DNA from: Amoebophrya sp. A120
Taxonomy: Eukaryota > Protista > Dinoflagellata
Assembly (NCBI GenBank): GCA_905178155.1
Contig: CAJINV010000003.1
Coordinates: 8,991,292 to 9,055,291, forward strand
Reading direction: 5' to 3'
Length of the DNA stretch: 64,000 nucleotides
Below, one piece after another: positions 13,301 through 25,926 of this stretch. Numbering within the stretch: position 1 is the stretch's first letter; every line of letters starts with the position of its first letter. Made by a program: the position numbers and the translations under genes. The notes under the pieces are model-generated. The model saw only the letters and a program-made list of their open reading frames with translations, ran no database searches and was not told where the DNA came from.

Positions 13301-14230
13301 ATCTTCGACGTGGTTAATGATCCGCGGCTCATTTGTTGTAGAAGTTGCACTTGTGCTAATATGCTCTCGGTTTGCTTCTGCTGATTCTGTTCCTGCCGTT
13401 GGCGATTGTTGTAGCAAAGTAGAACACGATCCAGCCGGCGACTTCTTCTTTTTCTTCCGCTTAGCTTTACCTTTACTTGCGGTTGCGCCGCTACCTCGAT
13501 TCTTTTTGCTGCGACGCTTGGATGACATCCAGGTCGATGGACTCGCACCCTCCAGAAGCACACTCGGGCCTGCTGGTGCCTCGCTTTTCTGGCGCTGCAT
13601 CAGACGCACGTCCTCTTCTCCACCGGACGAGTCGGACTCCAAAAGTTCCCGGCGCACCCATCCGCTGAAGCTGTCTTCTACGCCGCCCTGCCCGGGGACT
13701 TCCGAGTCGGATACTGGCATCGGACCGCCGGTCGTGTGCCGTACCACTAGGTCGGCACCAAAACCCTCGTGGGATTGAGATTCCTCCAGTTCTCCGTTTG
13801 AAGATGCGGAAACCGACGAGCTCTGGTGTGCTCCTCCGCGCTCCTCATGCATCCGACGCCATTCTTGGTGATCGAGTTGTGTTGGCCCATCTTCTCTTCC
13901 CTTCTTTCTTAATATTCCGGCACAGCATTCATCTGCTAGTTGAGCACCGCCCTGGCCCTGGTCCAGCGACGTAGTTAAATTGACAACTACACTCTCGGTC
14001 TGGTTCTCTGATAGGAGAGCAACGCCTTCCCATTGTGGCCGCACCTCTCCGTTTTCGTTTTGCGACTCCGGACCCACAAACCTGTTCGTTGTTGTTTTGG
14101 TCAAGAATGAAATCCATGCAAGTCCAAGTTGAGAAGCTTCTGGCTCTCGATCTCGTTCCTCGAGATGAACATGCTGTTCCTTCGGGATCTTCGGTACTTG
14201 GGGCGGAGTGCCAATGACAATAACTCTCAA
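7315..14230 (-). CDS. Very large Ser/Ala/Thr-rich, probably disordered protein of unknown function (two giant exons; ends unresolved)
   Basis: The 1836-aa and 552-aa ORFs join in frame (RNQP|EDIV) across the 12523-12644 element. A probable AG|GTAC donor lies at 7526/7525. No recognisable domain. Confidence 0.65.
12523..12644. mobile_element. TAT...ATA TIR introner, 122 bp
   Basis: Perfect duplication GGTTG at 12518-12522 and 12645-12649. TIR tatc-(A-run)-tagacc / tatccacaaaaaaagacc. The 127-nt removal matches the 1-nt frame offset between the two long ORFs. Confidence 0.9.
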
Positions 14231-16024
14231 CTCGAATAGTTAGTGCAGCCCGGCGCCAGGATTAGATAGAAGTTCGGCAATTTCAAATCCAATATCGACG
14301 CATGAACCCGGACTATTCGGAAAAAGATAATTATATGCACCTCTTTCGAAGCCAATGCTCGGGCCCGGTACTGCACCCGAAGTCCGAAACATGGGTGCGC
14401 GAGAAAATGTTTTCCATCGTGCGAGAAACGATTTCATTTTCCATCCTTCCAAACCGAAAGCAGAAGCACCCGACGAAATCAATGAGGCGAAGTGTAGTAG
14501 GGAATACAACCACTGTACAAGGAAAAAGAAGAAGCGCGTCGATCTCGATACGGATACCACAACAAGTAAAGGAATTACTCGATAGAGATCGAGATACATG
14601 ACGCCGTGTTTGTAGGCGAAGCTCAGTGCACAAGCACAACTATGATCGCATAGAATTATTTGCTTTTTTTTGTGAAGACCCCGTCAAGAAACACAGGCAA
14701 CGATATGAAGAAAGTCAAAATCAATCTTCCATCGGAGCGATTATTCCGATACTGGTGCAGCTATCATAATACCGCGGGCATCCGCAAAGATATCAATGAC
14801 AGAATAACGACAGACGTCGGAAAAAGTCCTCGAGACGCTCGGCAATTTCTCCGATGACGACCAGGGCTTCCTACTTGATAAGCACTGACAAGCACGAAAA
14901 ACAAAAAGAAAACGCAAAAACATGTTCATATATCATAAACAAAAAACATAAACACGACTTAACACCCTCGACAATGGAGAACGACATAAATGTACATAAT
15001 TATTCACGAATAGTACGATCACGACGAGACCGAGTGCGAGAGCGAAGTAGTCAATGCTTGAAATCCCACTGCTCCTGACTGTAGTAGTTTATTATTCAGA
15101 TATACTGAACCAAAATCTTAAACGATGAAATGTGCAACGCGAGTTCCGTGCCTGCATCATTTCTACACTTGCTCCTCGCTCACCTCACCCGAAAAAGAAA
15201 ACAAAGCGATCAAGTGCGAAAAATATGCTGGTCTTTAATCCTTCTTTGCGCTTTCAAGTAAGCGCTGCACAACATAACGTAATCAACCCATTATCTCAAT
15301 CGAGAGAGGACGAGCTGAACATCGAACGCCGTGCCTTGTAATCTCACGCATAATTTTTCGATTTGCTGTGTTCCACACTGATGCCAGTCATCTTTATTGT
15401 TGTACTTTCGATTTCTTGGAAAGCCCTCCGGCTGCGACAATTCGTAGCACAACCAACAAACGGCGCGTAGTCTTCCAATCTTCATGCAGCTGTGCGTACT
15501 AGCCATGTATGAGCTTTAGCCTTCTCTTGTGACTTCTTAGCTTTTATTGTTCTTATTGTGTTTGTGAGCTGAGCTGAACATAGTCGTGGCACAGCGGTGG
15601 AGCGTCTTGACTCAGTCCCCAGAACCCTATAGATGAGAATGACAGGTACATCTTTTCGTATTTTCCTTGGGCATGAAGCGTACGCGTAGCTGAGAAATTC
15701 TCAGTCGAATTACTTCATCTACTATGATATGTAACGAGTTGCCGCTCGAGACTTTGTCTACTCGCTTCCACTACCTGTGACTCCCATGATTCGCGAAATA
15801 AAAAGAGGACAGCGCCCTTTTGCTAAATGACCATGACCAAGATGCAAGCACGAATAGATTCATATCGATATCCCCGACTTGTTTTTACACCAGTAACTTC
15901 ATAGGAACATCTACTGCACTAGAGCTATCGCACTAGTACTAAGTGTTTGTTGTGTTTACAGGGGTAGTAGCTGGCGGATGTAGTTGTTCATCTTCAAGTT
16001 GGAGCAGCTAGAAGTCGAGTCCGC

Positions 16025-19000
16025 TCAGAGCAGCGGAAGAAGAGAAAAGAACATTTTTCTTGTGGAGTAGCTAGTGACAAAGAGCACTAGCACTCCCACA
16101 ACCGCTGGCACGACGGGGCCCGCTTGGGAGACGAGAAATTTTGTTTCGGGGAGGAAGGACAGAAACGTTACGACGGCGACGTAGGTGAGCAAAATGCGGA
16201 GCCAGCTACTCAGCAGGGCCTCCGTGATCTCGTCGTAGAAAGTGACTCGATCCGTCGCAAGCAAGTAGCGAAGCTCGGGGAAATCCTCGATCAGGGTAAG
16301 ATCTTCGAACGCCAGAGAGGTGAAGAGGTCTTCCAGCTTCACGTCCTTCGAGCGAATGGGGGCGACGCGCTTTGTTTCGGCCTCCACCACCAGGTAGTCG
16401 TAGCCTTCGAGTTCCGAACGACTGGTTACCTGTGCGTGGAATGCCGCCGACACTGGCCAGAGCTTTGCAGTCCCCACCAAATCACTGCCTTGATACACAA
16501 CTGCCTGCAACCGCGTCTCAAAATTCTCCTCTTCTGTGTCGGCATCCGATTCACTGTTGGCCTCTGCGCCGCCACCTAGTTCCTTGGCGTAGCTGTCGTA
16601 GAATTGGATTTGGATTTATATCTAAATTACTTTCTATAGCTATCGCTGCAGCTAGAACAAGGACAAAATTAATGATAGTGCGAACGCCGCGCAAGACACA
16701 TTCACTCGTCACGCATCGTGGTCGTTTTCGTTTGCCATGCTAAACTAACTCCGCTACCGAGCGCGGGGTGGTGACGGGCCCGTGGCATGTACGTAGAACT
16801 ACGCATCATTGTCATGCTCATGTAATGTATTGCAAAAAAATACCAAACTCAGCTTCGACTTTTAGGCCATAAAAATACATAGTGGCTGTAGTTCGGCATA
16901 GCGGCTTTCTCAATTCCCCAATGGAGAGAAGTTGCTCGAGCGTGGCAAAGGCGATTTACAGCTCTTTTTCCTTTTTTTTAATACGTACGTCAGTAGTGTT
17001 TGAGGTGGAAGGGAGTTGGGACTTTGACTCTCCTGAGCATTTTCAAACATGCCCAAAGACCTGGAAAACTCACGAAAATGGTCGGTGTCGTCCTAAAAGA
17101 AAAAATAATCATAAAGAAGTCGCTCTATACATCTGTTTTCCCTTCTCCAAGTCTCGCAGCACCGCGGCGGCGGCACCGGTAGGCTTCAACTTCCCGGCCT
17201 CGATAAAGAGGCAGTAATTTCTAGTTCGCGCGAAGCTCGTTCCAACTCGGCAGAGTACAGGATAGTTGCTCTGGTCTACGGGAAGGACGAGACGATTGGC
17301 CACGTCCTGCAGAAACTGTTCGATCAAGTGACCCGACGCTTTTTCGGGGGACTCGGCCACAAGCAACTTAAATTCCTCCGCACGCGTAGCCGCGATCGGC
17401 GCAGTGTCGCACAGTTCGGGAGACTCGTTCTGCGGCACGTCGTCTGCCTCCGACGCTACCCCACCCAACTGGAGGATTTTTCAGGTTTTCAATTTCATCA
17501 TCCTCGTCGTCCATTTGACGAAGTAGAAGGAGCACTGGCACCACTCTACGAAGAACGCAAATAAAAATAATACGTACTAGTCGAATTATGGGGGCGGGGG
17601 CGGTAAGGCCCCAGACTACAATCACTATCACAATCTCATGAAGTATTATATCTGCGCAGCATCGGAGGTACCGCGTCTCGGATAAGGTTTCCACCATTTT
17701 CATCCATCTCAACAAAGGACTGCAAACTGGTGGCCTCGTAAATATTGAAGCAAGAACCAAATTTGGCTTCCCACATCTCGGCGGCTTTTAGATAAGGCCG
17801 GAAGAAGTGCCGCAGGTAACCGTAGTTCGTAGCCTGACGCAACTCCAACGGCAAGGTGGTCGGATGTTTTTCCACCGGAAATTTGCCATGTTTGTCAAGA
17901 TAGTCGGCACGAGAGTAACTCGGCACGGGCTGGCCTCCTCGACCTGGAGGCACGCCGACGACGTGCCGCTTCAGAAATTCCGCGTTTTGCGCGCTCTGCT
18001 TCCCAGGCAAGTAGAGCAGCTGAAATTTGTGCGTGCCTTCCATTTCTCTGCCGTCTGGGAGCGTCGTGGCGTTTCGTGTTGGCGTGATGGCCAGGTAGGG
18101 GCTGTCCTGCCACTTATTTCCCCACTGCTGTTCCAGGAGATGGAAGAACAGGAAAGCTTTCCGCCCGAGTTCCTCCTCCTCGGCAGTACTGGAGCCTTGC
18201 TTCACCTGGAGCAAGTAGTGAAACAGTTCGTCCTTACTTGTGATACCGATTCGCATCTGCTGGCCCATGCCCGAACCAGCCTTGTTGGCCCGACTCCGAC
18301 TCGGGCCCGTAAACCGCAATCCGTACTTGTAGATTCCCAGCACACTCTCGACAGGCAGAAGCTTCTCCGGTTGTTCGGCAAAAACATTCCGCTGCGTGAA
18401 GCCTGCAGTCGATTCAGTTGCACTCACTTTCGAAATGCAAAAGATAAAGTCAAGGTGCGACCACCCTTATTTCGCTTTATTCGTCTTTATGCAGATACTA
18501 ATTTGCTTGTCCGCGTGAGGACCCTTATCTTCCTTGTTTGCCCATCGCGTTTTTGCTCACTTACAAATACATTCGGTACAGCTCTTGGTGACAATACTCG
18601 TTTCCATTTCCAGGCGACACTACCGCCAGATAAACTACACAAACTTCTCTGATCAACAACTTTTGAAAACAACGGCAACCTCTATAAAGTAGAGGTTATT
18701 CCATCAACAGCCTGGTGTACCTTTCCACTCTTCCTTGCTTAGGCGGCCCACGCCAGGGTTGCTGGGAATCATCTGCGAGGAGGGTGTGACGAACAGCACG
18801 TCATTTTCGTTCATCCAGTCTCCGACATTCGATGCCGGTACGAAGGGCACCCGGTTTGTCGGATATGTTTCGTAGATAAACCTGTGGTCAATAGTGAACG
18901 AGGCAGCGATTTATTATTACGAGGATTTGTATACTTCGTTGACCTGAAACTGAAAGTCCCACTCGTCTCGGCCACATTTTCATCCTACTAATATTCCAGC

Positions 19001-20898
19001 TGTAATATGGAAGACGAGGAGACGTCAATTATGCGTAGTAGAAGTGCGCAGGCGCCGCACGGCCTACGAGGACCTCTTCAAGGACAGTCTCAATGTCAAT
19101 CTTAATCATATTCATAATCAATATGGCGTATACAAAAAACACATGCAAGTACCGCCTCAGCGCCTTCACGCCGCTACCCTCGGTCTCCCCCCGGCCCGGA
19201 GTCCAGAGCTCAGGATACTCACCGTATACGTAGCGACTGATCACTGGGTGGATCACAAACTTCTGCGGATACATAGCCTGCACCTTTGCACCCTCGGGAC
19301 TTGTCACATCGCAATGCGCATACCGGACGTAATTCCCGTGTTTCAGGGACAGCTCTTCGAAAACCGGAAACATGCCGCCGGAGCTATCATGCCCGTCGTA
19401 GAACTTAATTTTTATTTTAGTATAATTAGAATTAGTACGGTTGTAGCACGCAAAAAGCTTTGATAAAATAGGCACTGCCTTTGGCATTTCTCTTGTGGGG
19501 CGCAAATCAAAATAAATTAATAGGCCAAAGAAGTTCCACCGAACATAAATGTAGATCGGCGTGGCGGTGCCGTTGGCAGCCCTCCTCTATAGTTTGTATT
19601 TCTGTTAAGTGCCGCCACTTTCTCATTTTAGGGCATCCATGAGAATGCAAGGAGCTATTGGTTGTGGTTCTGCTTTTGATCATTCACTAATGAGAATACT
19701 TACCAGGATCAGCCACACTTCGTTCGATTTCGACACGTCTCTTAGCCAGACCTCCGGTGTGAGCTTTATAGAGTGACTATGAGAGTGCACAACTCCCCCT
19801 CGCCCCCTATGCAATGAACCGCAACCCAAGCGCCGGCAAAAAGAAGTGAAGTGAAGATGCAGCCTACTTTTGCATGACAAATACGAATTAATACCACAGG
19901 ATTGTAGTGGTCTTACCCTTACGGCATCCGAAGTCTGTCATGCAAGCAGTTTCATGAGGCAAAGGGTGGGCTTTGAATTATGCATGAGAAATGAGAAGGC
20001 GGGTCGTGAGTTTTGCAGTCTCATATTTACTGTTGGTGAGGACGTCTTTTTTTGCGGAGCGGTTCGAATCGTATGCTTTTCTCTTGTCAGGTTCCCCGAT
20101 CTTTCCAAACGCAACCGTGATCTCGTGAAAGCGCTTAGCACAAGAATCGCAATCTTTCGCGTGCTTGTCCGGATGCCACTCCAAGGCTAATTTCTTGTAA
20201 ACCTTTTTGATCTCGGCCTGTGTTGCGCGCGGACTTACTCCAAGGGCCTGAAAAGTTGTGAAATGCGTCAGATAAAGTATAAAATAGAAGTACGTCGTCC
20301 CCAATTCATCTTTGGTGTAGAAGCATGAAGGAGGCAGGCTGGACCGATTGACAGTGGAACCTTAAACGTTCATCACCATCGCGCGAAACACCGATCCCGC
20401 GATCGCTTTATCTTTGCGCGAGCTATAGTTTTTATGCATCGAGCTTCTATTTGAGCCACATACTTACTAAAAGAAAATTTATCAAAACTGAAATTGATTT
20501 CACCGATCTGCGTCCGCCATATGTGTAAACACAGTACTTTCATAAGTAAATCAGTGCCGAGGACATCAAGTATCTTGATAATCAAAATCTATACGTCGTA
20601 GGGGTTCATGCCGCCATCGTCTTGGTCCCCCTGGTAACCCTCCTGCGATGCTTTCATGTAAAAAAGCATGAACACGCAGAACAGCGAAAAGATTGCCATG
20701 AAGTTACTCTGGATGAAGCTGCGTAATTCTGATATTCTTTGGGCAATGGTTTTCTTGCTGGCTCCCTTGTTGGTTGGGGTTCCCCCTTTCTTTTCGTCAC
20801 GCGGCGAATGCAGCGCAGCTCCGCGCACACTCGAAAGCGCATCTTGGACCAGATTGAGGAGAAAGGCACTTTGCAATCGCACTTTTATTCTTGCCCAT
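16025..20898 (-). CDS. DnaJ/Hsp40 J-domain membrane protein with thioredoxin-like fold (DNAJC10/DNAJC16-like architecture), about 9 exons; 5' end uncertain
   Basis: MNPYD|ALGV..EIKKVYKKLALEWHPDKH..F..I..AF..DKRKAYD is a J-domain with the HPD motif. It is followed by VWLIL|FYDG..FEEL..VRYAHCDV (Trx-like, no CxxC). A hydrophobic segment precedes the J-domain and two occur at the C-terminus. GT-AG joins link ORFs 19029, 17636, 17109 and 16025; the downstream linkage is less certain. Confidence 0.7.
19778..20025. mobile_element. TAT...ATA TIR introner, 248 bp, degenerate duplication
   Basis: TIR tatgagagtgcacaactc / tatgagactgcaaaactc (16/18). Flanks GTGAC and TTTAC. Removing 253 nt joins TNSK|SIKLTPEVW in frame. 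Confidence 0.75.
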
Positions 20899-20999
20899 GC
20901 CTGTTTCCGTGCGTCCCGGTCCAGTGACCTGCAGGTTCAAGTCATCAGTATAATCGACTGAAAAGATCACCAAGGTGGAGATCGTGCAAAGAAAACACA

Positions 21000-22316
21000 C
21001 AATTGCGACGTTGTTCTTCTATCTTGTTCTGCGCTACAGCTACTGCATCAACATTCTGCATCTGCAAAGCGACGCGGTCCGACTTGTCATGTCTTCTAGA
21101 AAAAAAACAAAATAGGCTCTATATATTGTTCTTGTTGTACTGTAGTTCGTCGTCCAAAAACAAAATGAAGCACGACAAGCAACACAAAGTTGTTGACTTT
21201 CACTTTAGCTTCCTTCAAACAGATAACAAGATTCAGATCCTCTTGCAGAAACACAAATACTTAAGGGAGAAATCCTCTTGATTGCCCTTGCTTTTTTGCT
21301 TGTTCTTCTTCGCGGCTGGAGCTGATGACGCCGACGAGCCGCCGGATGGCGCCGACACAGAAGCGGAGTTTGTGGCAGCAGTCATTTGTATTTCTTGCTC
21401 AGAAAGGACATCGTTCGGTTCGGAATCCCCTGAAGCAGCCCCCGCAACCTGCTTCCGCTTGTTCCCTGCCTTGCTCTTCGCGCCGGGCATTTCTTGGTCC
21501 TCCTCCACCAGGCGGTGCCTACCGGTGCCGCTTCTAACGGTTGTATTGCCAAGGTAACTAACCGGGAACGTCGTGGTGATATTTTTTTTTATTGAGTGTC
21601 GTAGTTGTAGTTGTTCTTCGACTTCTTGCTCAATTTGCCAGAAATGATCCTTAGTGCAGCTACTGATGCTGATGATGAAGGAAAAATTAAGACAAGAGGA
21701 ACTACAAGAAGCGATGGCTTCGTGTTCACTGTACGTTTCTGATAGATGTGGTCATGTCGCTGGAATCCTTACTTTTATCAGTCTCATTTTTAATTACAAC
21801 ACATGCAGAATCAAAAAGGTTGAAAAGAAAAAAAAATTGAAGTGCTTCGATACTAGACGTGAAAAAAGGTAGGCTGCAGTTGGTATTTATACCGATAAGA
21901 ACTCGCAGCCGTGCTGACGCTGGTATAAAAAGGAACCGAAATCGTTGCGCCAGATCCTTTGTTCCATCAGGTCCAGGACCTTCTTGTTTGCCTCTGCCGC
22001 GACAAGCAAGCGACAAGAAACTAGATCTGATTTCTTCTTAATCTGATCTCCAGCAAAAACACCCAGCTGCTGCCCATTGACACTAGTAGCAATGCCACAG
22101 AGCTGCTACAGCTACTCTTCCGAAAAGATCGTGATCCAATAACCATGGGAATGGATGTAGGCCATTTTTTGAGCAAGAACATCAACAAGGGTATATTAGG
22201 GCTACCCGGGTGAGCTACGACTCACCGAAGCGCAAAGCTTTGCGCCTCCTTATAGCCATGCGGGTATCGTAATTCATCCGCCTGCGTCGTATCTTTGATC
22301 GATTCTTTACAGGCTA
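21000..22316 (-). CDS. Probable multi-exon gene of unknown function (boundaries approximate)
   Basis: Short protein-like frames (KNRSKIRRRRMNYDTRMAIRRRKALRF followed by a GTGAGT donor; RLLVAAEANKKVLDLMEQRIWRNDF; EEDQEMPGAKSKAGNKRK) separated by AT-rich spacers. Confidence 0.35.
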
Positions 22317-22937
22317 AAAGAAACTCAAGAGGCTCCATGTCCCAAGTGCAAAATTCTCAAAAAAGCGAGAATTTTTTTTTTCGCCCTTTCGAAGCAAGGC
22401 GCTCCAACAACGAAGAGTCTAGTGTCGGCGTCCGCCCGCCGTCGATATGCCGAGTAGGGCACTCGTTTCCGCGACTGCAAGGCCCGCCAATGCAACATCC
22501 CCGGGCCGAGTGGACGCAAGGCTTCCGGCCCTGATATCGCATAGGGCAAAGAGAAAAAAAACGAGGCGGGCCCTTTCTGGCAGGGCGAGGAAAAAAACTC
22601 GTTAGGCAGGCGGCCTGCCGAATTCCGGCCCGGGCACGGTAGCGAAAATTTTGGAAGCAGAAATTTAAAATTCCGAAAAAAATTATAAAACTTTCGCAGC
22701 AAAATTTTAAAAATTTTGAAAATTCAGAAAATTCTGAAAAAAATACGCGGCCCACGCCTGGGCTGAAATTTCCTTTGCGATTTCCCTTTGCGCTGCTGCG
22801 TCCCCGTTTTTTTTTGTTTTTTCGTTTCTTTCAGCCCGGAGAATTTTCAAAAAAACAAAAACTCAGTGCATTTTCGATTTTTTTTTTTTGCTCGCTCGAA
22901 ATTTTCGAAATTTTTCCGCAGGTGTGACTGTGAAGAT

Positions 22938-24250
22938 TGAGGCTGTTTTTTTCGTGTGAGCAAAAAAATTTGGTTGCGCGCCAACCGGCTAGAGCTTTCA
23001 CACCCGTTAGCATGAGAAGTGGTGAATTTGTAGCGAATTTTGCATGGCAAATTGCAGATGAGTCCGCCGGGACATTGTCCCTCTTGGCCTTCTGGGAAGT
23101 GGGTTCTGGACACCGCAGAAGTCAAGGCCTATGCCGCGGGCAGCTTCTAGACATGGCCTGGGTGCCGTTCTTTGGCCATGTGTATTCGTCTCCCTGAGCT
23201 CGCATAAGAGTACTGCAGCAGCCGCGGCAAAGACGCCACAAAGCAAGCGCTGCGAAGCAAATGCAATTAGGCAAGAAGGCGCGAAGGCAAGGGTGAAAGG
23301 ACCAGGCCGAGAGCTTTGACGCGTCTATCCGGCAGGCGCGTGAACTCTCCCGGCCTTTTCGGCAGAATATAGCCGGGCTGCGGGCAGCAGAGGGCGCTTG
23401 TCTTTTCCCCTCGGCCCCACTTCCCAGGGCCTACCTGTGCACTTTTTTGCGCACTTTTCTGCGCTAAAGTTTGCTTATCACGGTCGAAAAGGGGGGCCCG
23501 GTGAGTTTTGGGGTGAATTTTGAAAAAACCGTGGGTGAATTTTGGCCCGAGGCGCCTACTCAAAATTCGCTAACGCACGAGAAACTTCGAGTTTTGGGGC
23601 TTCAAAAAAGTGTCGCCAAAACAAAAAGCCCCAAAATTCACCAAGAGATTTCCTGACCTTGGGGTCACGTCGAAAAGGCCTCGCTCCGGAGGCAAAAACA
23701 CGCCTGGGGAGTTGGGAGCAGAGCACAGCAGGCGAAGCAAGCTAGCGCCCGCGGCCGAATCGTGCCTCCCCTTCCACCCGAGGCTGCTCCCAGATATCCA
23801 AGTCCAAGCCGAGCCAACCACAACTCGTGAGAGCATACATGTTGAACTAGTGCCCGTGTGTTCAGGCGTCGCCCTCCCTTTCGACAATTCCGGAGAGGAA
23901 CTTCTCAGGCAGACGCGCAGATTAACAAGAGCCCCACGACCCACCTTCTCTGGTCGCTAAATACGCACTACACCGCCCGGCGGGCCCCCGAAAGACCACT
24001 TCTTTCGGTCCCGCAAGCGCCACCACGCGACGAGCAGCCCTCCACGCTGTGTGGGATGCTTGGGCTCGTGTCCATACGCAGCGCACTTCTCTTTTAAGTT
24101 TAACTAAAATAAAATGCAAGTCAACATGCAATACAAATTCACTGCAAATTCACCCTTCTGTATGCTAACGACCGTCCAAGGCATAACCAACCGGCGCGCG
24201 CACTTTTCCTGTCCGGCCACTTTTCGAGTTTGTTCACACGAAATACCTCA
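22938..24250. repeat. Degenerate long inverted repeat / foldback-like element with central hairpin
   Basis: 23005-23056 is an imperfect reverse complement of 24115-24170 (caaattcacc..cttct..atgctaacg), extending patchily to 22938 and 24250. Hairpin 23589-23602 / 23626-23639 lies near the midpoint. Confidence 0.5.
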
Positions 24251-24744
24251 GACAATTTATCTCGCGCAGCTCGTCGGAGCGGCGTCATGTAGAGGAGCAA
24301 CCGCGGCGCCTAAAAAAAGGCAGTCATCTGATTGTCGGCGGAAACAAAATCCGAAACGGGCTGCCCATCCATCGGCCAGCCGTATGGAATTTTCATTCTC
24401 GTTTTTTTCATTTTTTATTTTTTTCCTTGGGATTGGAACCTCATAAAGAAACCTAGATGAACAAAGTAGCTAGTAAAGCTCTACATGATGAACTTATTCC
24501 GTTCGACGTTATCGCCTTAGAGTTTCCTTTTTCGACCTCTCAGTCTCATGATCGCCTGGACTGGGAGATTTTCAACATTGCTGACGAAGGAAGACGTAGA
24601 AGAAGAGGAGGCTGTTTGTTTTCTTTGCTGTGCCGTAGCTGGCACAGCACTACATGTACATACCTGAAAAAATGTAGAAGAAAAGTCTATCCCTTGCTAA
24701 GACTAAAGTCGTGATGGCCAAACAATTACTCCGCAACTTCAAGG

Positions 24745-24962
24745 CAAAAGCCAAAAAGTAAAAAAAACTAAAAATAAAAACTAAAAGTAAAAACTAAAAG
24801 GAAAAACTAAAAGGAAAAACTAAAAGGAAAAACTAAAAGGAAAAACTAAAAGGAAAAACTAAAAAGAAAAACTAAGTCTAAGAGTAAAGAATAAAACTAC
24901 TAAAAGTAAAAACTACAAACTAAGCTACGGGGAAAAACTAAAAGTAAAGGCCAAAGTCAAAA
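24745..24962 (+). repeat. A-rich tandem repeat, core (AAAACTAAAAGG)n
   Basis: Direct inspection: 12-bp unit, near-perfect at about 24790-24875 and degenerate on both sides. Confidence 0.9.
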
Positions 24963-25926
24963 AGTGACAGCTGAAAGCAAAAGAAAAGGCAAAGCTTGAA
25001 GATGAGGGCCAACAGCAAAACTTGCAAACCTTTTGAATTCGACAAGCAACAAAAATAGGAGGCAAGGTCGCCAAAGCTGGCTGAAAAAAGCGCGCGCGGC
25101 GCTGGAAGGAAGAACGACGCTCCAGGTTTTCAAAGTCTTGAAGAGCTGGCGGGAAGCAAACAAGCCTAAGCATAACGATCTCGGCGCTCAGTGCCTGCGT
25201 CGGGTGGAAAAGCAAGGGACTCTTCTCGCCTGTTGAGACCTACTTATAATTTGGCGCGAAGAATGACAGCCGCGGCATGCAGAAAAGTGGCGCAAAAACC
25301 ACTCCAGCCACAACAACTGCTCACAGTTGTTAGCACAGCCGCGCATACGCCTCACAACCGCAAAAACTGCTTGCGACCGCAATCAAGATCTGCTTACCGC
25401 CGCAACTGCAAACGGGGCGGAGCTGCTTCTGTCCCGGGCTTTTCGTTTTTTATTTTTGGGCTCCTGTTCATCTGGCTCTTTTTTTTGTTTTTCGGTCTAG
25501 CGGAATAATTGAATTCTGTTTCACACTTCCACAGGCGGAGCATACGTGGCTAGTGCTTTTGCTTGGCAAAAGTGCTCCTCTTTACTTAGCGACAGCTTGT
25601 GACAATGTTGAGCGCTTTTCGTATGTGAGTTGATTTGGAACCACTGAAAAAACTACAGCGAAACAGTTTGATACTACTATGATTTAATCAAATAGCTTTT
25701 CTGTTTTCATCTTCTTTTATTTCACCATCTCCTTTTTCTGCTTCTTCCACACCGCTTCACCTTTTACTGCTTTTTCCGCACCGCATTGAAGCCCAGCATG
25801 TACATTTTATGCTCAACAAGGGGCACTAGAAGTATTCCCTTGCTTATTTTGGCACTGGCTTCAAAGTTCTAAAAAAGATTGAAATTCGCTCGGACAAAGC
25901 GGCTCCTCTGTCGCTGTCGACGTCTG

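Noticed and set aside
17469-17671. Possible non-canonical intron using CGCAGA/CGTAGA repeats
   Set aside because: A plain GTAC...CAG intron gives a good in-frame join (IRDA|LGGVAS).
22157-22177. GTAGGCCATTTTTTGAGCAAG resembling a second spliced-leader relic
   Set aside because: Several mismatches and indels, antisense to the gene cluster, and no associated ORF.
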